Below, piece by piece: positions 25,060-38,882 of a stretch of DNA of 64,000 nucleotides. The stretch is from Camelus dromedarius. Taxonomy: Eukaryota. The notes under the pieces are model-generated. The model was not told the origin of the DNA and ran no database searches. It saw only the letters and a list, made by a program, of their open reading frames with translations. The stretch is from positions 109,742,001-109,806,000 of the forward strand of contig NC_087436.1 in the NCBI RefSeq assembly GCF_036321535.1. The letters run 5' to 3'. Position numbers and translations under genes: made by a program. How positions within the stretch are numbered: the first letter of the stretch is position 1; each line of letters opens with the position of its first letter.

Positions 25060-25950
25060 ATTTTCTTGTTCATTTATCTTCATTGCCACTTCATTTCAAA
25101 ATACATCCCCAACTGAATTTTCCCTACATTTGTTTCTATCCAAGCATCTTGCCAAATTTTTAGGTCTTAAAACTTGAGTCATAATGACTCCCTCCCCCTG
25201 ACTTTTCCACCCTTTTTAACCATTTATACTATGCTTTTAACATTTACTCCCTTTTCTTCATTCCAAGGGCATCAGAGTTAACCCAGCCCTCATTTCCTCT
25301 AATTCTCTTGTTCAGCCACCTCTGGTGATTCACAGCCTTCCTTACTTTTGGTTTCTCCAGCTCCAATATACTATTCTCTGTACAGATATATTTATTTCTC
25401 CCCAGATAGCTCTTATCATATTACTCCCTGCTAAAAATAATTTATTGGCTCCCCATGTCTTAAAAATGGGAAATTTCACATATTTTACACAGTTTGTTGT
25501 GAAGACACATTGCCTATTTTTACCTTATTCATTTTCTCTCCTCTATTGAAACCGTATGGTTTATGTTTTCAAAACATACCCCCACACTTTTCCATCTCCA
25601 GAATTTTAACTGTTCCCTTTCCTTTTTCTAGAATGCCCTCCTGCCCCAGCTTTGCCTGTGGAAATAATCTCTGGAAAAGACCATCTCAAATGTCACTTTC
25701 TCCATGAAATCTTTCCTCATTACCTCACCCTCTTCCCAGGTCCAGATGCTGTAATTTCTCTTTCCTTGTATCTCCATGGCCCTCGTTTTTTTGTTTACAA
25801 AGTTTATCTTCTGCCCTAAGTAATGGGATTTGTCTCCTTCTCTTGCAAATTTTAAATTCCTTCTGTTTTAACCACCTTGATAATCATCTCTCTTCTGAAG
25901 TTAAGCACAGAGCTTTGCATCAAATAAAGACTCAGATCCTGAATTCAATT
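25060..25950 (+). mobile_element. L2 LINE remnant
   Basis: 'aaaacttgagtcata', 'ctccctgctaaaaataatttattggctcccca', 'ctcaaatgtcactttctccatgaaatctttcc'. Confidence 0.7.
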
Positions 25951-28014
25951 GTATTATATAACCAAATTAAAACTCCTGGTAATATAGTTATAATTAGAAT
26001 TATATAAATGTAGTTTAAAATAAAATCATCTCATTTCCCTCAGGTTTTTGGCAAGTGACAAACATCGGTGCTGTTTAGCCATCTCTATCATAAATATCTT
26101 TACCTAAATGTCGTTACAATGTGGAGAGATTGTCTTTGTATAAATGTTTGGGAACGAAATTGCTGTCCGTCTTCTTTCCAATTACTGGAAGACCAACGCT
26201 AGCTAACTCAAGATAGACTTTTAACAAGATACTTCCTTGTAATGATAATTGCTTTTGGGTCTCAAACTGACTTATTTACTCGCTTTTCAATTTGGAAGTC
26301 ATTTCTTTTTAGAACCTGAAGGGCTTTTCCATTGCCTGGGGAATTGAGCAGCCACCTTTAATTAGAAAAAGGCCAAGATATTCAACATACACTCAGATTT
26401 GTGATATTTGTGATGGCGCTGAGTTAGGAAAGGAGAAAATGTGGGTTGGAGAAGGGTAAAAGCACTCACTTTTTATTTTTTTTTTTACCTTTCTTATGCT
26501 ATTTCCTGAGTCAGTGGGAGATAGGAAAAACCAAGAATTCTGATTTGTATTTGCTAAACACGTAACACTGTATATATAGACTCACTGGGTACGCTACTGT
26601 GATTGCTAGCCAAGCATAGAAAGTGCTCTCTGCAGAGTTACATGAAATTTAAAACTGTTCAAATGAGGAACAAATGGTACTAGGGAAATAAAATAAATGT
26701 TTTTCAAGTACGTATTGTTAATTATTTTTTTTTTAAATTAGGGTTTACATCCACATTTGATCCAATAATTCTTAACCTTAATAAAAACAGCATGTTGCAA
26801 AATTCCCACCAGAATGTTGAGAGGTATCTGGAACACAGAAGACTGGTTTGGCTCCCAACACAAAAGGCCCTTGACTCCCTGAGGCAATATTTTTCTTTGC
26901 AAATTATTAAGCCCTTCAAATTTTGTTAATAAATCTGTTTGAAGTAAAAATGTGAGTTGAGGAGTATGTGCCATTGCTAACGACAAGCTAAAAATTGTGC
27001 CTAATTTTGTCTACATATTTTGGGTTTGTTCTTTTTTCTCAAGGTGTTTACTGCATGTGTACAAAAGGAAACCAGAAAATTCAATGACCTGGAAATCTCA
27101 AATTATCTTTGAAATGCAAGTAACTTAAAAAAAAATTGAAAATGTTAGGGATTGTGAAATAAGCAACAAAATTTCATTTAGAAAGAAACATTAACCCCAA
27201 ACACAGATGTTAAAAAAAAAAAAAAGGAAACTGGCTTTCCCCCATCTCTCTCCGGAGACCTAGGAATATTATCAAGGACTGAAATAATTAATTGTCACTA
27301 AAGGACACACTTATCAAATATCATTTACATCAAATCTGTGATTCCTTTTTTTCTATACTTAATAGCCAATTAAGATGTAAAAATGTGCCTGTTAAATAAT
27401 ATCACAACCATGTTAATAGTGAAGCAACAACTTTATGAAAGTTAATCCAGGAGATCATTCCAAATTTTCTTACGAAGGAAATTAACTTCGATAACCATCT
27501 TTCTGGCTGCAGAAGAAAATTAAATTTATCATTTCCATATGTGTCTATAACACATTAAAATATATTTGAATTTTTAGGGCATCTTAAAATAATAATTCAG
27601 CTTAACAAAATTGTCACATAAGGAGAAAATTGTTTGCCTTAGAAAGTCAGTATTTACTCCAACCATTGCTACCATGTGTCTCTAAACAATATATTTCATA
27701 CTTTATTTAATAGTTTTTTTTAAGATTAAACTTATGGAGGCTATTGAATACATAACTGATGATAATGTAATGCACTCATTATTTGTATGATTTTCAAAAT
27801 ATCTAATTCTCTGGGCATTCATTTTCATATTTTGCATGGTGCACTGTAGTAGTGAACTTGCTAGGAGAATTATATTCCTGTTCACATATTTCTGTAGGGT
27901 ACACTGATCCAGTTTTCACTTTTATTTTTCTATGAAAAATATATGTATATATACAATATAATACACACATATATATTAAATTGTATGTATATTATGCATA
28001 AATATATGCAGATA

Positions 28015-29390
28015 TAATTTATTGAGATATAATTTATATTCAATAAAATACATTTATTAAATGTACATGTTGCTAAATTTTGCAAAATGTTTAGAATATT
28101 GTATCCATCACTGTAAAAGACATACTATATTCCATTACCTCCCAAGAGTTTCCTAATCCTCTTTTATATCAGTCTCCACCATCTCACTCCACAAACCTGC
28201 TTTCTGCTACCATAGATTAGCTTTGCCTATCCTAGAATTTCATATGTATGGAAAAATATAGTATGAACTTTTTGTGTAATTTTGCACTCATCTATAATAA
28301 GGCTTTAGAGATTCATACATGTTATTTTTTTTCTTGAATAGTAATTTGATTGAATACATAGCATAGTTTGTCTATTCACCTATTGATAGACAATTCAATT
28401 GTTTTTGGTTTGGAACTATGATGAATAAAACTTCTTTGAATATTCTTTTACAAATATTTGAGTTGATGCGTTTTCATTTCTATTGTAAGATCTCTAGCAG
28501 TACAGTTTCTGTCATTCAGAAGTTATTCATTTAAGTTTATAAAAAACACCCAAAGGAGTTCTTAGGTGCTATGTACTAGGTACTTTAAAGTGTTTTTCGT
28601 GTTTTACAGCCCTTGCAATATGTAATAATTCCAATTGCTCCACATCTTTACCAAAACTGGCTTTGTCAGTCTTTTCCATTTTGACCATTCTAGCGCGTAT
28701 ACTGATATCTCCTGTGGTTTTAGTTTTCACTTCTCCAGTAACTTAATATTATTGAATACTTTTTCATGTGCTCATTAGCCATTTGTATATCTTCTTTGGC
28801 GAAGTGTTGTTCAAATTTTTGCAAATGTAAAAATTGGATTGTTTGTTTTTGTATTATGAATTGTTTATATAACCCAGATAAAGTCTCTTGTTATAAATAA
28901 ATTTTGCAAAGATTTTCTCTCAGTATGTAGCTTATTGGCTAGTCTTTCCATTTTCCTTACATTGTTTTTCAAAAAGAGAATTTTTAAAATTTTGAGTAAA
29001 TGTAATTTATCCAGTTTTGCTTTATATATATATATATATATATATTTGGATCTCTACTTAAAAAAAAAATCTTGCTTACCACATGGTCACAAAGATTTCT
29101 TTAGATGTTTTCTTTCAGAAATTTTATAGTTTTAGATTTTGTGCTCAGGTCCATGTTCCATTTCAAATTAGTTTTTGTATATAGTATGCGGTAAAGTTTT
29201 AGATTACTGTTCCTTTTAAATATGGATACCTAGTTCCAGCACCATTTATTAGAAAGGTTTTCCTGCTTTCATTAAATTATGTTGATACTTTTGACAGCAT
29301 TCACATGACTTTATATGTGTGTTTTATTCGTGGAAACTATGTTCTTCAAATAATTCTATATATTGATCCTTATGCCAACATCACATTTTT
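28015..29390 (-). mobile_element. Old L1 (L1M-type) 3' UTR and ORF2 end
   Basis: 'ttattgagatataattta', 'ttttcatgtgctcattagccatttgtatatcttcttt', 'tagttccagcaccatttatt'. Confidence 0.88.
29023..29045. repeat. (TA)n microsatellite within L1
   Basis: Direct reading. Confidence 0.9.
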
Positions 29391-29399
29391 TTTTTCAGG

Positions 29400-31080
29400 C
29401 TTAGATTTTTTTTTTCCTCCTGGGATTCTGATCCCATGAATGTTAGATCTGTTATTGTGCCTGAGATCTCTGTGGTCTTTGAGTTTCTGTTAAATTTTTT
29501 TTTGATCTACTTTCTCTCTGTTTTTCAGATTTGAAGATTCAGTTGGATAAGTCTTCCAGTTCAGTGATACTTTCTTCTGTCATCTTCATCCTGTTACTGA
29601 ACCCATCCAGTGACATTTTATTGCTGTGGTTTTTGTTACTGTATCTCTCAGTTCAAAACTTTCATTTGGTTCTACTTTATATCTTCTATTTCTTTATGGA
29701 GGATTTTTACTTGTTTTAAGTTGGTTTATTTTTTTTCTTAAAGGATTTGTAAATACCTGCTGGATATTTTTAATAGATCTCTGTCTTAGTTGGTTTGGGC
29801 TTCCATCACAAAATACTGCAAACTGAGTAGCTTAAATAACAGAAACACATTTTCTCAGAGTTTTGGAGGTCCATGATCAGGCTGCCAGTATGATCAGGTT
29901 CATGTGGGAACTCTTCTGGGTTTGCAGGTGACTGTCTTCTTGCTGTATCCTCTCATGGCAGGGAGAGAAAGAGAGAAAGCTCTCTAGTGTCTCATCTTAC
30001 AAAGGCACTAACCCATCAGAGCAGGGCCCCACCCTCATGACCTCATCTAATTCTAGTTAGCTCCCAAACACCCCATCTCCAAATATCACACAGCAGTTTA
30101 GGGGTCAACATATGAATTTGGAGGTGACACAAACATTCAATCTATATATTATTTTAAAATTCTCATTAGATAATTCCAACAATTGTGCCATTTCAGTGTT
30201 AGCATTTTCCTATGCATTTTCTCCCTGATACTGAGGTTACAGTGGTTCTTGCTGCAATGAGTAATTTTGTATTTTATCCACTACATGATGAATATTATGT
30301 TATGAGACCCTGGTTCCTGTTGAAATCATCTATTTAACTGGCAGTAAACCTGTTTAGGTCCAGAATGCATACCCTTTTCCATTTTTGTGAACTGTGATTA
30401 AAATGTCAATTATTTTCAAAGCCTGTGCAGTGCTATTTTTGATCTGCCCCATTTGTGTGTTTCCCAGAGGCCAACTCGAATCCTGGATGGTGTTTCAGAA
30501 CAGTGTTCAGTTCTCAACTCATGCTGCGTTGTTTCTTGTCAGTTTCATGAATGGGACACTCAGAGGTCTGTTCAGGAATTCATATATAAAGGTTGAAAAT
30601 CCCTTTCAGCAATTCCTTCCCCAACTCTGTTGTTCAGGAGGTGGGGATGTGTACTTCTTTTTAACTGCACGGTCGTGAAGAAAGACTGGGCACTGCCCAC
30701 AGTGTCTGCAGCTGCAGAGAACGTAGTTCCATTGTGTTGTTGCTCAGATCCTGAGACTTATAGACAACTTTCCAAGTGTTCTGCCAGTTGTTTTAGAAAA
30801 TCTCTTTGCTGTTTTTGTTGTTGTTGTGGTTGTGGTTTGTGATGAATATGGTGTAATGTATTAATATTATATCTGGAATCAGAAGCCCTATGGAGATCTT
30901 TTGATGCCATGATATGATGTCTTTTAAAGTTAGTAAATTTTTTTAGTCATTATTCCTTAATGTATTCTCTGGTCCATTTTTTTCTGTCCTATTCTTTGGG
31001 ATTCCAATTACATATGTTATTTCTTCTTAATATATTCATATGTCTTTTATTGTCTCTTTTGCATTTCTCTATCCTTTTTG
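29400..31080 (-). mobile_element. Old L1 5'/ORF1-region remnants (interrupted by MLT1A)
   Basis: 'tcttccagttcagtgatactttcttctgt', 'tagtcattattcctt', 'ttgggattccaattacatatgtta'. Confidence 0.65.
29782..30146 (-). mobile_element. MLT1A-like MaLR solo LTR
   Basis: 'tgtcttagt...gcttaaataacagaaa', 'ccccaccctcatgacctcatctaa', 'tcaacatatgaatttggaggtgacacaaacattca'. Confidence 0.9.
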
Positions 31081-31557
31081 GATGTGACTTTTCCCCGCAG
31101 AAGCAAAAGCAAAACTTAAGTTCTCTATCCTCTTGTAGAAGTTCTCAAACACTCTATTGTTACAAAATCTTTCCCTTGTATTTGAAAGATAGATATCCCA
31201 CTTTTAAAATCATATAGATTAAGGAGACCCCTCCTACTAAATGAATTATGGTCCCATGTGTTAAAATAATCTATTATTCATCCCTTTGCACTTTATAATT
31301 TTTGTTTTCTCTCCCAGGCATATTATCAGCTCTTGATGAGAAGAAATTGAGCCTTTAATTCTTTATTATCATTTTATCTGTTACATGGGCTCAGTGTTTG
31401 AAGGGTCACAACACATGCTGTCTGGCTTTCCAATGTATATGTTTGTATAAATCCTATTTAGAATTGCCAACACTCTTTTTTTCCCTTATCTCATAATCCC
31501 TACTGTTGCACAAAAAAACTAAGAAAACTCTTTTTAAAAATAAAATACATATCTAGC

Positions 31558-31629
31558 ACCTAGCCCTAACAATTCATCTAGCCCTAAACCTGAAGCTAGC
31601 CTTAACCCTGAACCTATCCGTAACCCTGA
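31558..31629. repeat. Degenerate telomere-like hexamer array, 4 x 18-bp units (consensus ACCTAG CCCTAA CCCTGA)
   Basis: 12 in-phase hexamers read directly. Confidence 0.8.
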
Positions 31630-33274
31630 AAAAAAGAAATACATACCTACAACAGTTATACACATGAGTTTCCTGGGAAAAACTTCTTTCTATAATCACA
31701 AAACAGAAAAGCTAGGGTCTGATTATGTGATTAACTTTGTCAAAATAAAGACTCAATAAGAATATATTCCAGCACTAGAAAAAAAAAATCTAACTTGAAA
31801 AATCTTTATTGTTTCTTTCCCCCTATAGTATTAGTGTAGATGCAACAGTGAGCCTCATGTGAAAAATAACTAGTAGCAGGAAAAAATAAATAAAGACTTA
31901 GGATTTATTGAATATTCTTTGGAAATTTCATGCATTCTTATTTCTTCAAAATATCACCTATAACCTGATGACTCCTGCATATTTATCTCTAGCCTCTGAT
32001 TCTAATTGTATTGAATATATCAGTGCTGTCATTTCTTCTTCTACTAATCTCTACTTTAGCACTTAACCAGGGAATAACAACTCCATACTGTCCCTTCCTC
32101 CCCCGTAAACTGCAGAATGGCTTATCTATCTCTATCTCCATATTACTTGCTCTCTTGAGTCATATATTTGTGTTGTATTAATTAAATTGAATAAATTACC
32201 ACATTACAAAAAGGTGAGAGAGAAGATTCTGTAACATCCTTCCATATACAAATATATGTCTGACCTTAATTCCTCATACTTTAGCTTTAGTGTGACTTAT
32301 TTCCCCCTTGGTCAAAGTGAGAAGAGAGGAAATGTATTCATTGGTTCCATCTGAACACCATCTTTTCCAGACAATAAAGATTTATTAAGCACCCTTTCCT
32401 CTTCACTTGTCTTTGACATCCCTGGTTTTTGTTTATGACCTACTTCCCAAACTTTTCATCATTCCCATTGCCTCCTCTTAAGCGTTTCCCAGGTGATTCA
32501 CATCTTTACACTTGTATAGTAAGCTATAGAACCACAGAGTGGAACAAATATGCCAAGCGCTTTTGAAAAAAATCAGCTGGATAAAGAAAGAAGACTCTGA
32601 TTTGAGGTTAACTTTAGGGAGATTTACAAAGCTTTACTTACATATCCTGCTCTCATAAATAGACCATTAGTCAAAGATTCAAAAACACACACAGAGTCTC
32701 CTTTTCTTGCAAATCTACCAGTGAAGCCACACCACCAAAATGCTGGTTGACTTTCCAGTGGCTCCTTTATTTACTAGTCAAGGTTGACACGCAAGGAAAG
32801 GCTTGGTCCTGAGATAATGACATTCAACACTTGTTCAACGTTGCTTAAACCTTCTATGGTATTCATGGGTGAAGCCACTGCATAAATATTGTCATTATTA
32901 TGAATAAGTTATTATCACAGGAGAAATAAGGGTATTTGCTTGAGGACTTAGTACAAAAATGATAAATGAGGGAAGTTGGTGAGAAAAGCATTTTTCTTGG
33001 CCTGTGGTCAAAAAACAAAGCTTTAAACAATTGCAGGGAACTTTCTCTAGACGTGTGCTGGGAAAGAAGTTTAGCTAAATATAAATCAAAGGAGTTCTCT
33101 TTATTGTAATTCAAGGATGCCATAATATAGGAGGCAAGGGAGATTGCCAGAGGAAGAAACAAATATTTCCTCCCCAGTAGAGAGATCTTTGTAAAGCACA
33201 GGCTTTTCACTTTTACTCTCACAATTCTTTGATGCCTACAGAGAGGCTGCTGTGGCCTACAAGAAGGCGTTACG

Positions 33275-33495
33275 GAGCTCTGGCTAAGAGGCTGGAGAGA
33301 ACAGTGTTGCGGAGCCAAGTACCACTGAGTTAAAGCTCCAGCTTCACCATTACCTGTCTGCAACTGACTTATTCTGTGACTCCGTTTTCTCGTCTCTAAG
33401 CCGAATACAGTAGTAGTCAGGTTCTTAGTGTATTTTCAGTGGTTAGCACAGTTCTTAGCATAGAACAAGTATTCAGTAAATGTTCTCTTTGTCAT
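33275..33495 (+). mobile_element. MIR SINE remnant
   Basis: 'ctccagcttcacca...ctgtgactccgttttctcgtctctaa...tagcacagttcttagcatagaacaagtattcagtaaatgtt'. Confidence 0.65.
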
Positions 33496-35470
33496 TAGTT
33501 TTATGAGATTTTTTTTCAAAGTCCATTCCCATATGACTTTCTGGTTGGCCCTAGTTTATTTTATTAGCTAATTATCAGGCACTCACTCTGAACACTTGCT
33601 TGAACTGGTCTGGAAAATTCTAGATTTTTCCCTGATCACAGTTCTTTTTTTTCTTTATGTATTTGCGTATATATGCTCTTTCCACATATTTGGTCTGATA
33701 AATTCCCACTTCTTATTTCAAATGTAGTTCTAACTTTACTTCTTTTTGTTCTGTCCTCAAATATGGCTAGGTAGATGTAAGTACTTTAAGTTTCTGTTCT
33801 CCTAGGTCTTTATTATTATTATCTTTTTACAGAGATACATGTTATATTCTTTGAATGCCTTTTCCCCTAGCTAAAATTTAGATCTTTTGAAGATAGGGAC
33901 TAAGGATTATTCATTGCTGACTATACTTTGCTAAAACCTAGAAAGCACTCAGTGTTCGACACATGAATGAATTGCATATAATACAACATGACAGCACTAA
34001 AATATAAAATTATACAAAATATTAAAAATATGGGAAAAAATAGAAAAAAATAGAAAAAGTGGACAATAATTTAGAATCTACAAAAATAAAATAGAAAAAG
34101 TAGTGATATATAAGGGTTATTTTTTAATGCCAAGAAAGATCTCTAATAAAATACATTAAAAATCATGTTGATACACTGAAAACAATTACATTTTAACCAA
34201 AAGTAATACCAAACATTTATATCATAATCCAAATTATACACAAATAAAAAATACAGATGAGAAGTACCTCAATATACAGATTGACTATAGGTGATATTAT
34301 TAGAGATGAGTTATATTTTTAATTTTTCTGTAGTTTCAAAATCTGTAACAAAAGCATTTATTATCATTATAAGTAGAGAAGACCCATGTATCTTCTTATC
34401 CTTACATAGTGGTATATTAGAAATGCATTAGGACCTATTCAAGCATTGTGGTCTGCAATTGTCAATTGGTGTTAATTATTCACATTATCTGGATGATTAG
34501 AGGTTCAGTATCTTTTGGGGCTATTTTTTCAAACCTAAAAAATGCATATATCTCTTTAATATTGTCTATATATTATCCTGTCTATGACATATTTTCTCAT
34601 ATTACAGTGCATGATGCAAACCCCAGCTGCTCACCCTATAATCAAACATTGTTTAATGGACAAGGGGTGTAGGAAGACAGATCCAGCACAAAGTTACCTT
34701 GCCATCGGAAAAATGACATAATGCAGAAAGACTGTCTTTTTCATAATCACTACATGGAATTTTCAATCTATAAGGGAAATTGCAAGTTCTAGTGTTTGAT
34801 GTATACAGATAAAAAGGCTGGAGCTCAGAGAGGGAAGAGGATGTGCACAGAGTCCCCAAGCTACCTAGTGGCACGGCGGGGACTGGTTTGACCATCTGTG
34901 ATTCTTTCCACTTATGCAACATCAGAGAAATACAGAAATAAAGAAAATATTAGAAAACTTTCCCCACAACCACCTAATTCTACAGAGGGATAGTTGAGGG
35001 CTTAGAACGACCCAGCAGCTTCCTCCAGCTCATACAGCTGTCTGGAATTTGGCTGGAATTAGCAGCCAGGACTCCCATATCCCAGTTATTATGTTTTGCA
35101 AGAGCAAGAAGTCAGTCTGGCTCTTATCTATACCACAGCCATTACCAGCGGCCCTGAAGGAGAACCTGACCCAATACTTATATGTTATTCAAATATCAAT
35201 CAAAGTCTAATTTTGTTCTAACTTGCGAAGAAGAACAACTATACATCAAGCATAATATCATATCATTTCCTGATTGGGTTCATCTTTTTTTTTTAGCATT
35301 TCTCTGAGATTCTTATCCATTTTATTCATTTTCCTATAAAACAATGATCTACGAAAAGCCGATAAAAGTTTTAAAATTTCTAACTTTTATATAGCATTGA
35401 GTGTATATATCTATATTTGTGGGCATGTGTGTAAGAGAAAAGCTTGCATAGGATAATTTTCTAAGATATT

Positions 35471-35622
35471 TTTATAAAGGATTTTTTTAAATTTTGTTTT
35501 TATTTTAAAAAAATAGGAGGGAGGTGATTAGGTTTATTTATCTAACGGAGGTACTGGGGATTGAATCCAGGACCTCATGCATGCTAAGTGTACACTCTAC
35601 CACTGAGCTATACCTTCCCCCC
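35471..35622 (-). mobile_element. Camelid tRNA-derived SINE (Vic-1-like)
   Basis: Reverse complement ggggaaggtatagctcagtggtagagtgtacacttagcatgcatgaggtcctggattcaatccccagtacctcc; 16-bp TSD with 2 mismatches at 35455-35470 and 35623-35638. Confidence 0.92.
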
Positions 35623-36004
35623 AATTTCCTAAGATCTTGAAAACGACATAAGGTATAACATTTTTTTTTGCCTATTTTAAATCTTGGTTGATGGACATAG
35701 GCTAAGGTGGCCATTTGACTTATTTTTCACATTAACAGGGAGGGACAATGTATCTAGAAGACGTGCTGACAGGTGGATGAGCCTGGATTTCCATAGACAT
35801 AAAGCAGGATCGCCCTGCGGGGTAGTGGAAATGCATGATGTAAAAGATCCAGTATCTGTGTTCTGGTTATATTCCTGCATGGAATTAGCTCAAGTAGCTA
35901 GAGCCAATCCTTCTTATGATTCTTCATAATTCAATGAAGGAGTTGACGAGAATGTATCCTTTTCTTTAACTTCTGGTAGTAGCCCCCAAACCTTCCCATG
36001 GAAG

Positions 36005-36188
36005 TTTTTTTTTTTAAATATATTTTTATTGAAGTATAGTCAGCTTACAGTGTTGTGTCAATTCTGGTGTACAGCACAATGCTTCAGTCATATAGGAACA
36101 TGCATATATTCATTTTCACCTTAAGTTACTACAAGATACTTAATATAGTTTCCTGTGCTACACAGCATAAACTTATTGTTTATCTATC
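36005..36188 (-). mobile_element. Young L1 3' end (short, 5'-truncated)
   Basis: Poly-T then 'tttattgaagtatagtca...ctacaagatacttaatatagtttcctgtgcta', similar to the reverse complement of 2970-3150. Confidence 0.88.
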
Positions 36189-36744
36189 AATGAGACACTT
36201 TTTTAACAGGCAGAAAGATTCTTATCAAATGCCTTTGAGTGGTAAGCAAGTGATATAAGGACAGAGAGTAAGGCTGGGACCAAGTACATCAAGGAAGCAG
36301 TGGGCGATGGAGAATAAGCCTGCGGTGGGCACAGTTCCTCCCAACATCTGGAGGTGCCTCTGCCCATCTCCCAGCCCACTGCCTGAGCTCAGGGCCCTGA
36401 GGATACAGCCAGAGGGCTTCCTTCTTGCTTCAGAAACAAGCTAGTTAGGATAGATGATTATTATGACTGGGCGTTTGTAATTGAGGAGGAATTTTGAAAC
36501 AGTCAGTTTCAGAGAAGAAAGAATATTAGGTAAATTAATGCCTATCAAATCAAAGCCAAACTCTTTTTTGTTGTTGTTGAATATTAAATGTGTTTTGTTA
36601 AAAAAGAAGAGGAAAACATGTGATTTGATTTTAGGAACAACGCCAGTGTTTATGCCATCCATTGTCTCAGCTAGAAAATCTTTGCTCTTAGGAATGTGCT
36701 GATTTCAGATCATGTTACTGATTTGCTAAACACTCTGCCAACTG

Positions 36745-37280
36745 CTTTCCAGTACAACTTGAACAAACCCTTCCTATGGCCATGGAGGCCCTCTGAGATC
36801 ACTCTCTACCTCAGTGTTCACTGCGCTCCCAGCCCACTGGTCTCTCTTCGTCCCTCAAACTCCTGAAGCCCCTTTCCACCTTAGAGACTTTGGGCTGGCA
36901 CCAGCTGCCCAGAATGTTGCTCCCCCAGATCTTTGCCTGGACGATTTCTTCCAGTCATCTAGGTATGTGTGGGAAAGTCACATCCTCAGGGACTCATCCC
37001 TTGATTTATCTCATCTAATGAACACTCCCTTCTTGTCCACCCCCAAGTCTCTCTCTCACATTGCCCTTTTTAATTTTCTCCACAATCCTTAAGACCAAAC
37101 TAGAATTACTTGAATGACAATTACTTACTTATGTTACCCCTTTCAACACACCGTAAGCTCTTTGAGGGCAAGGCATTATCTTTCTCGCCCACCTGTGTAT
37201 CTGCAGCACTTAAAACAGAGCCGTTCACACAGTGGGAGCTAGATAATTGGATAAATGAATGAACAACTAAATGAATGCCA
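36745..37280 (+). mobile_element. L2 LINE 3' region
   Basis: 'ctccagcccactggtctc'-like block, 'gtaagctctttgagggcaagg', tail 'aaatgaatgaacaactaaatgaatg'. Confidence 0.8.
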
Positions 37281-38882
37281 TTGGCATAGATCTAACTGTC
37301 AATGCAAAATGGAATGTATTAACTAACATTCTTTCACTCGAGTCTTTTACAAATGTACCAAGTATTTATCAACATTAAAACCTGTGGCTTCAGGACTAGG
37401 AATTCATGTGTGTGACATTGTCTATGGCATCAATAGTTCAAATGCCGTTTGTCCCACTTAACAAATGACTGGCAGTAGTAAACGAGAGGGTGAGTGCAGG
37501 AGGGAAAACACAAAGTTCTTTTTGGTCCTCTTTTCTAGCCCCTTCCATCTTTCAGTGACCTTTCTGCTGAATTTATGCCCATGATGTCAGGTTTTGTTTG
37601 CTTTTATGATTCTTGCTGCATTCTGTCTAACATCATTTTTCTTGCCTGCAACATGCCAAACAACTGATTCTGAATTACTTTTTCCACTCTCTAGCTGGCT
37701 GTTTTTCATCATGGAAAGAGGTTAACTGAATAGTACAATCAAAGGACTACTCACACAATTAGGAAAAAAAAAAAAGTACTTTCTTAATAAAAACAAATGA
37801 GGGTAATTCTTCTATCATTCTTTGCTTTCATACATATCTTATCCTGTGATGTTCAGTAAAGCTGAATTTTCAAATTTGTAACAGTTCTTTAGGTCTCTGG
37901 ATTTGATTAATAATAACTGTCAGTCCATTAAAATGGATTATGATGATTCCCAAGGAATAGGTTGTTAACATAATTAACAGCTGGCTTTACCTTCAAGACA
38001 TTAATCAAAAGAGCAAGTTGATGGAAATGACCAGGTTCTCACAAATGCTGCTAATTAGCAAAGGCACTGAAGTCGGGTGACAGTGATTCCTGATGCTGTT
38101 ATTGGCACGATTGTATCACAGATTTAAATGTCCCCAATATGATGTGTTTTCTCAAGTGTCATTACACCAATAGGCATTTAAATAAATTTAATTTAAAAGA
38201 ATAGACTCTAGATTTTGCCTGTTTACTTTTGGACAGAATGGGATGTGAAAAAAATTGCAAAATGATCATGATACACAACATGTAATTTTTTCTATTCATA
38301 AATGGTGAATAAATTTCATATATGCTAATTATCCCCCTACTGTTCCAACACAGCCTAACTAGCTCTATCATCAAAATAATATTTCTTTGAGGAGGACAAA
38401 CATTACCATTATCTGTTCATATTGCATATTTTATATCTGTGTTAAATACAAGCAATAGATAAAAGAAAATAAGAAAGGAGAAAAAAACACTAAGAAAATT
38501 TAAAACAGTTCTCTCTATTCCTACCAAAAAAGAGAATCCTCTCTTGATATTTTGGAATATTTGCATCCAGTATCTTCCAATTTTGTTTAAACAATTTTGT
38601 TTGTGGTGTTGTCATTATACTTTGTATACCATCTTGGATCATGCTTCATCATAACATTAAATCACATGAATTTTCTCTGTCAAATTAGAGAATTCATAAA
38701 ATAATATTTTAATTGACACATATTATTCTATCAAAAAGATATTTTACATTTTACTTAATAATTCTTATAAGGTTGGAGTCTTAAATTTCACTTTTAAATA
38801 CAACATGGAAGTAACTAACTTAGGTCTTACGGTGATTTTGTGTCTTGATCAGAAACCAGCAGTAATTACTCCTGTTCCTGGT

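Noticed and set aside
31558..31629. CRISPR-like or coding repeat interpretation of the 18-bp array
   Set aside because: No spacers, eukaryotic context and no ORF; the units are telomeric hexamer variants.
32863..33363. 166-aa minus-strand ORF (longest in window)
   Set aside because: Begins at a non-ATG codon inside a MIR remnant and has no protein-like features.
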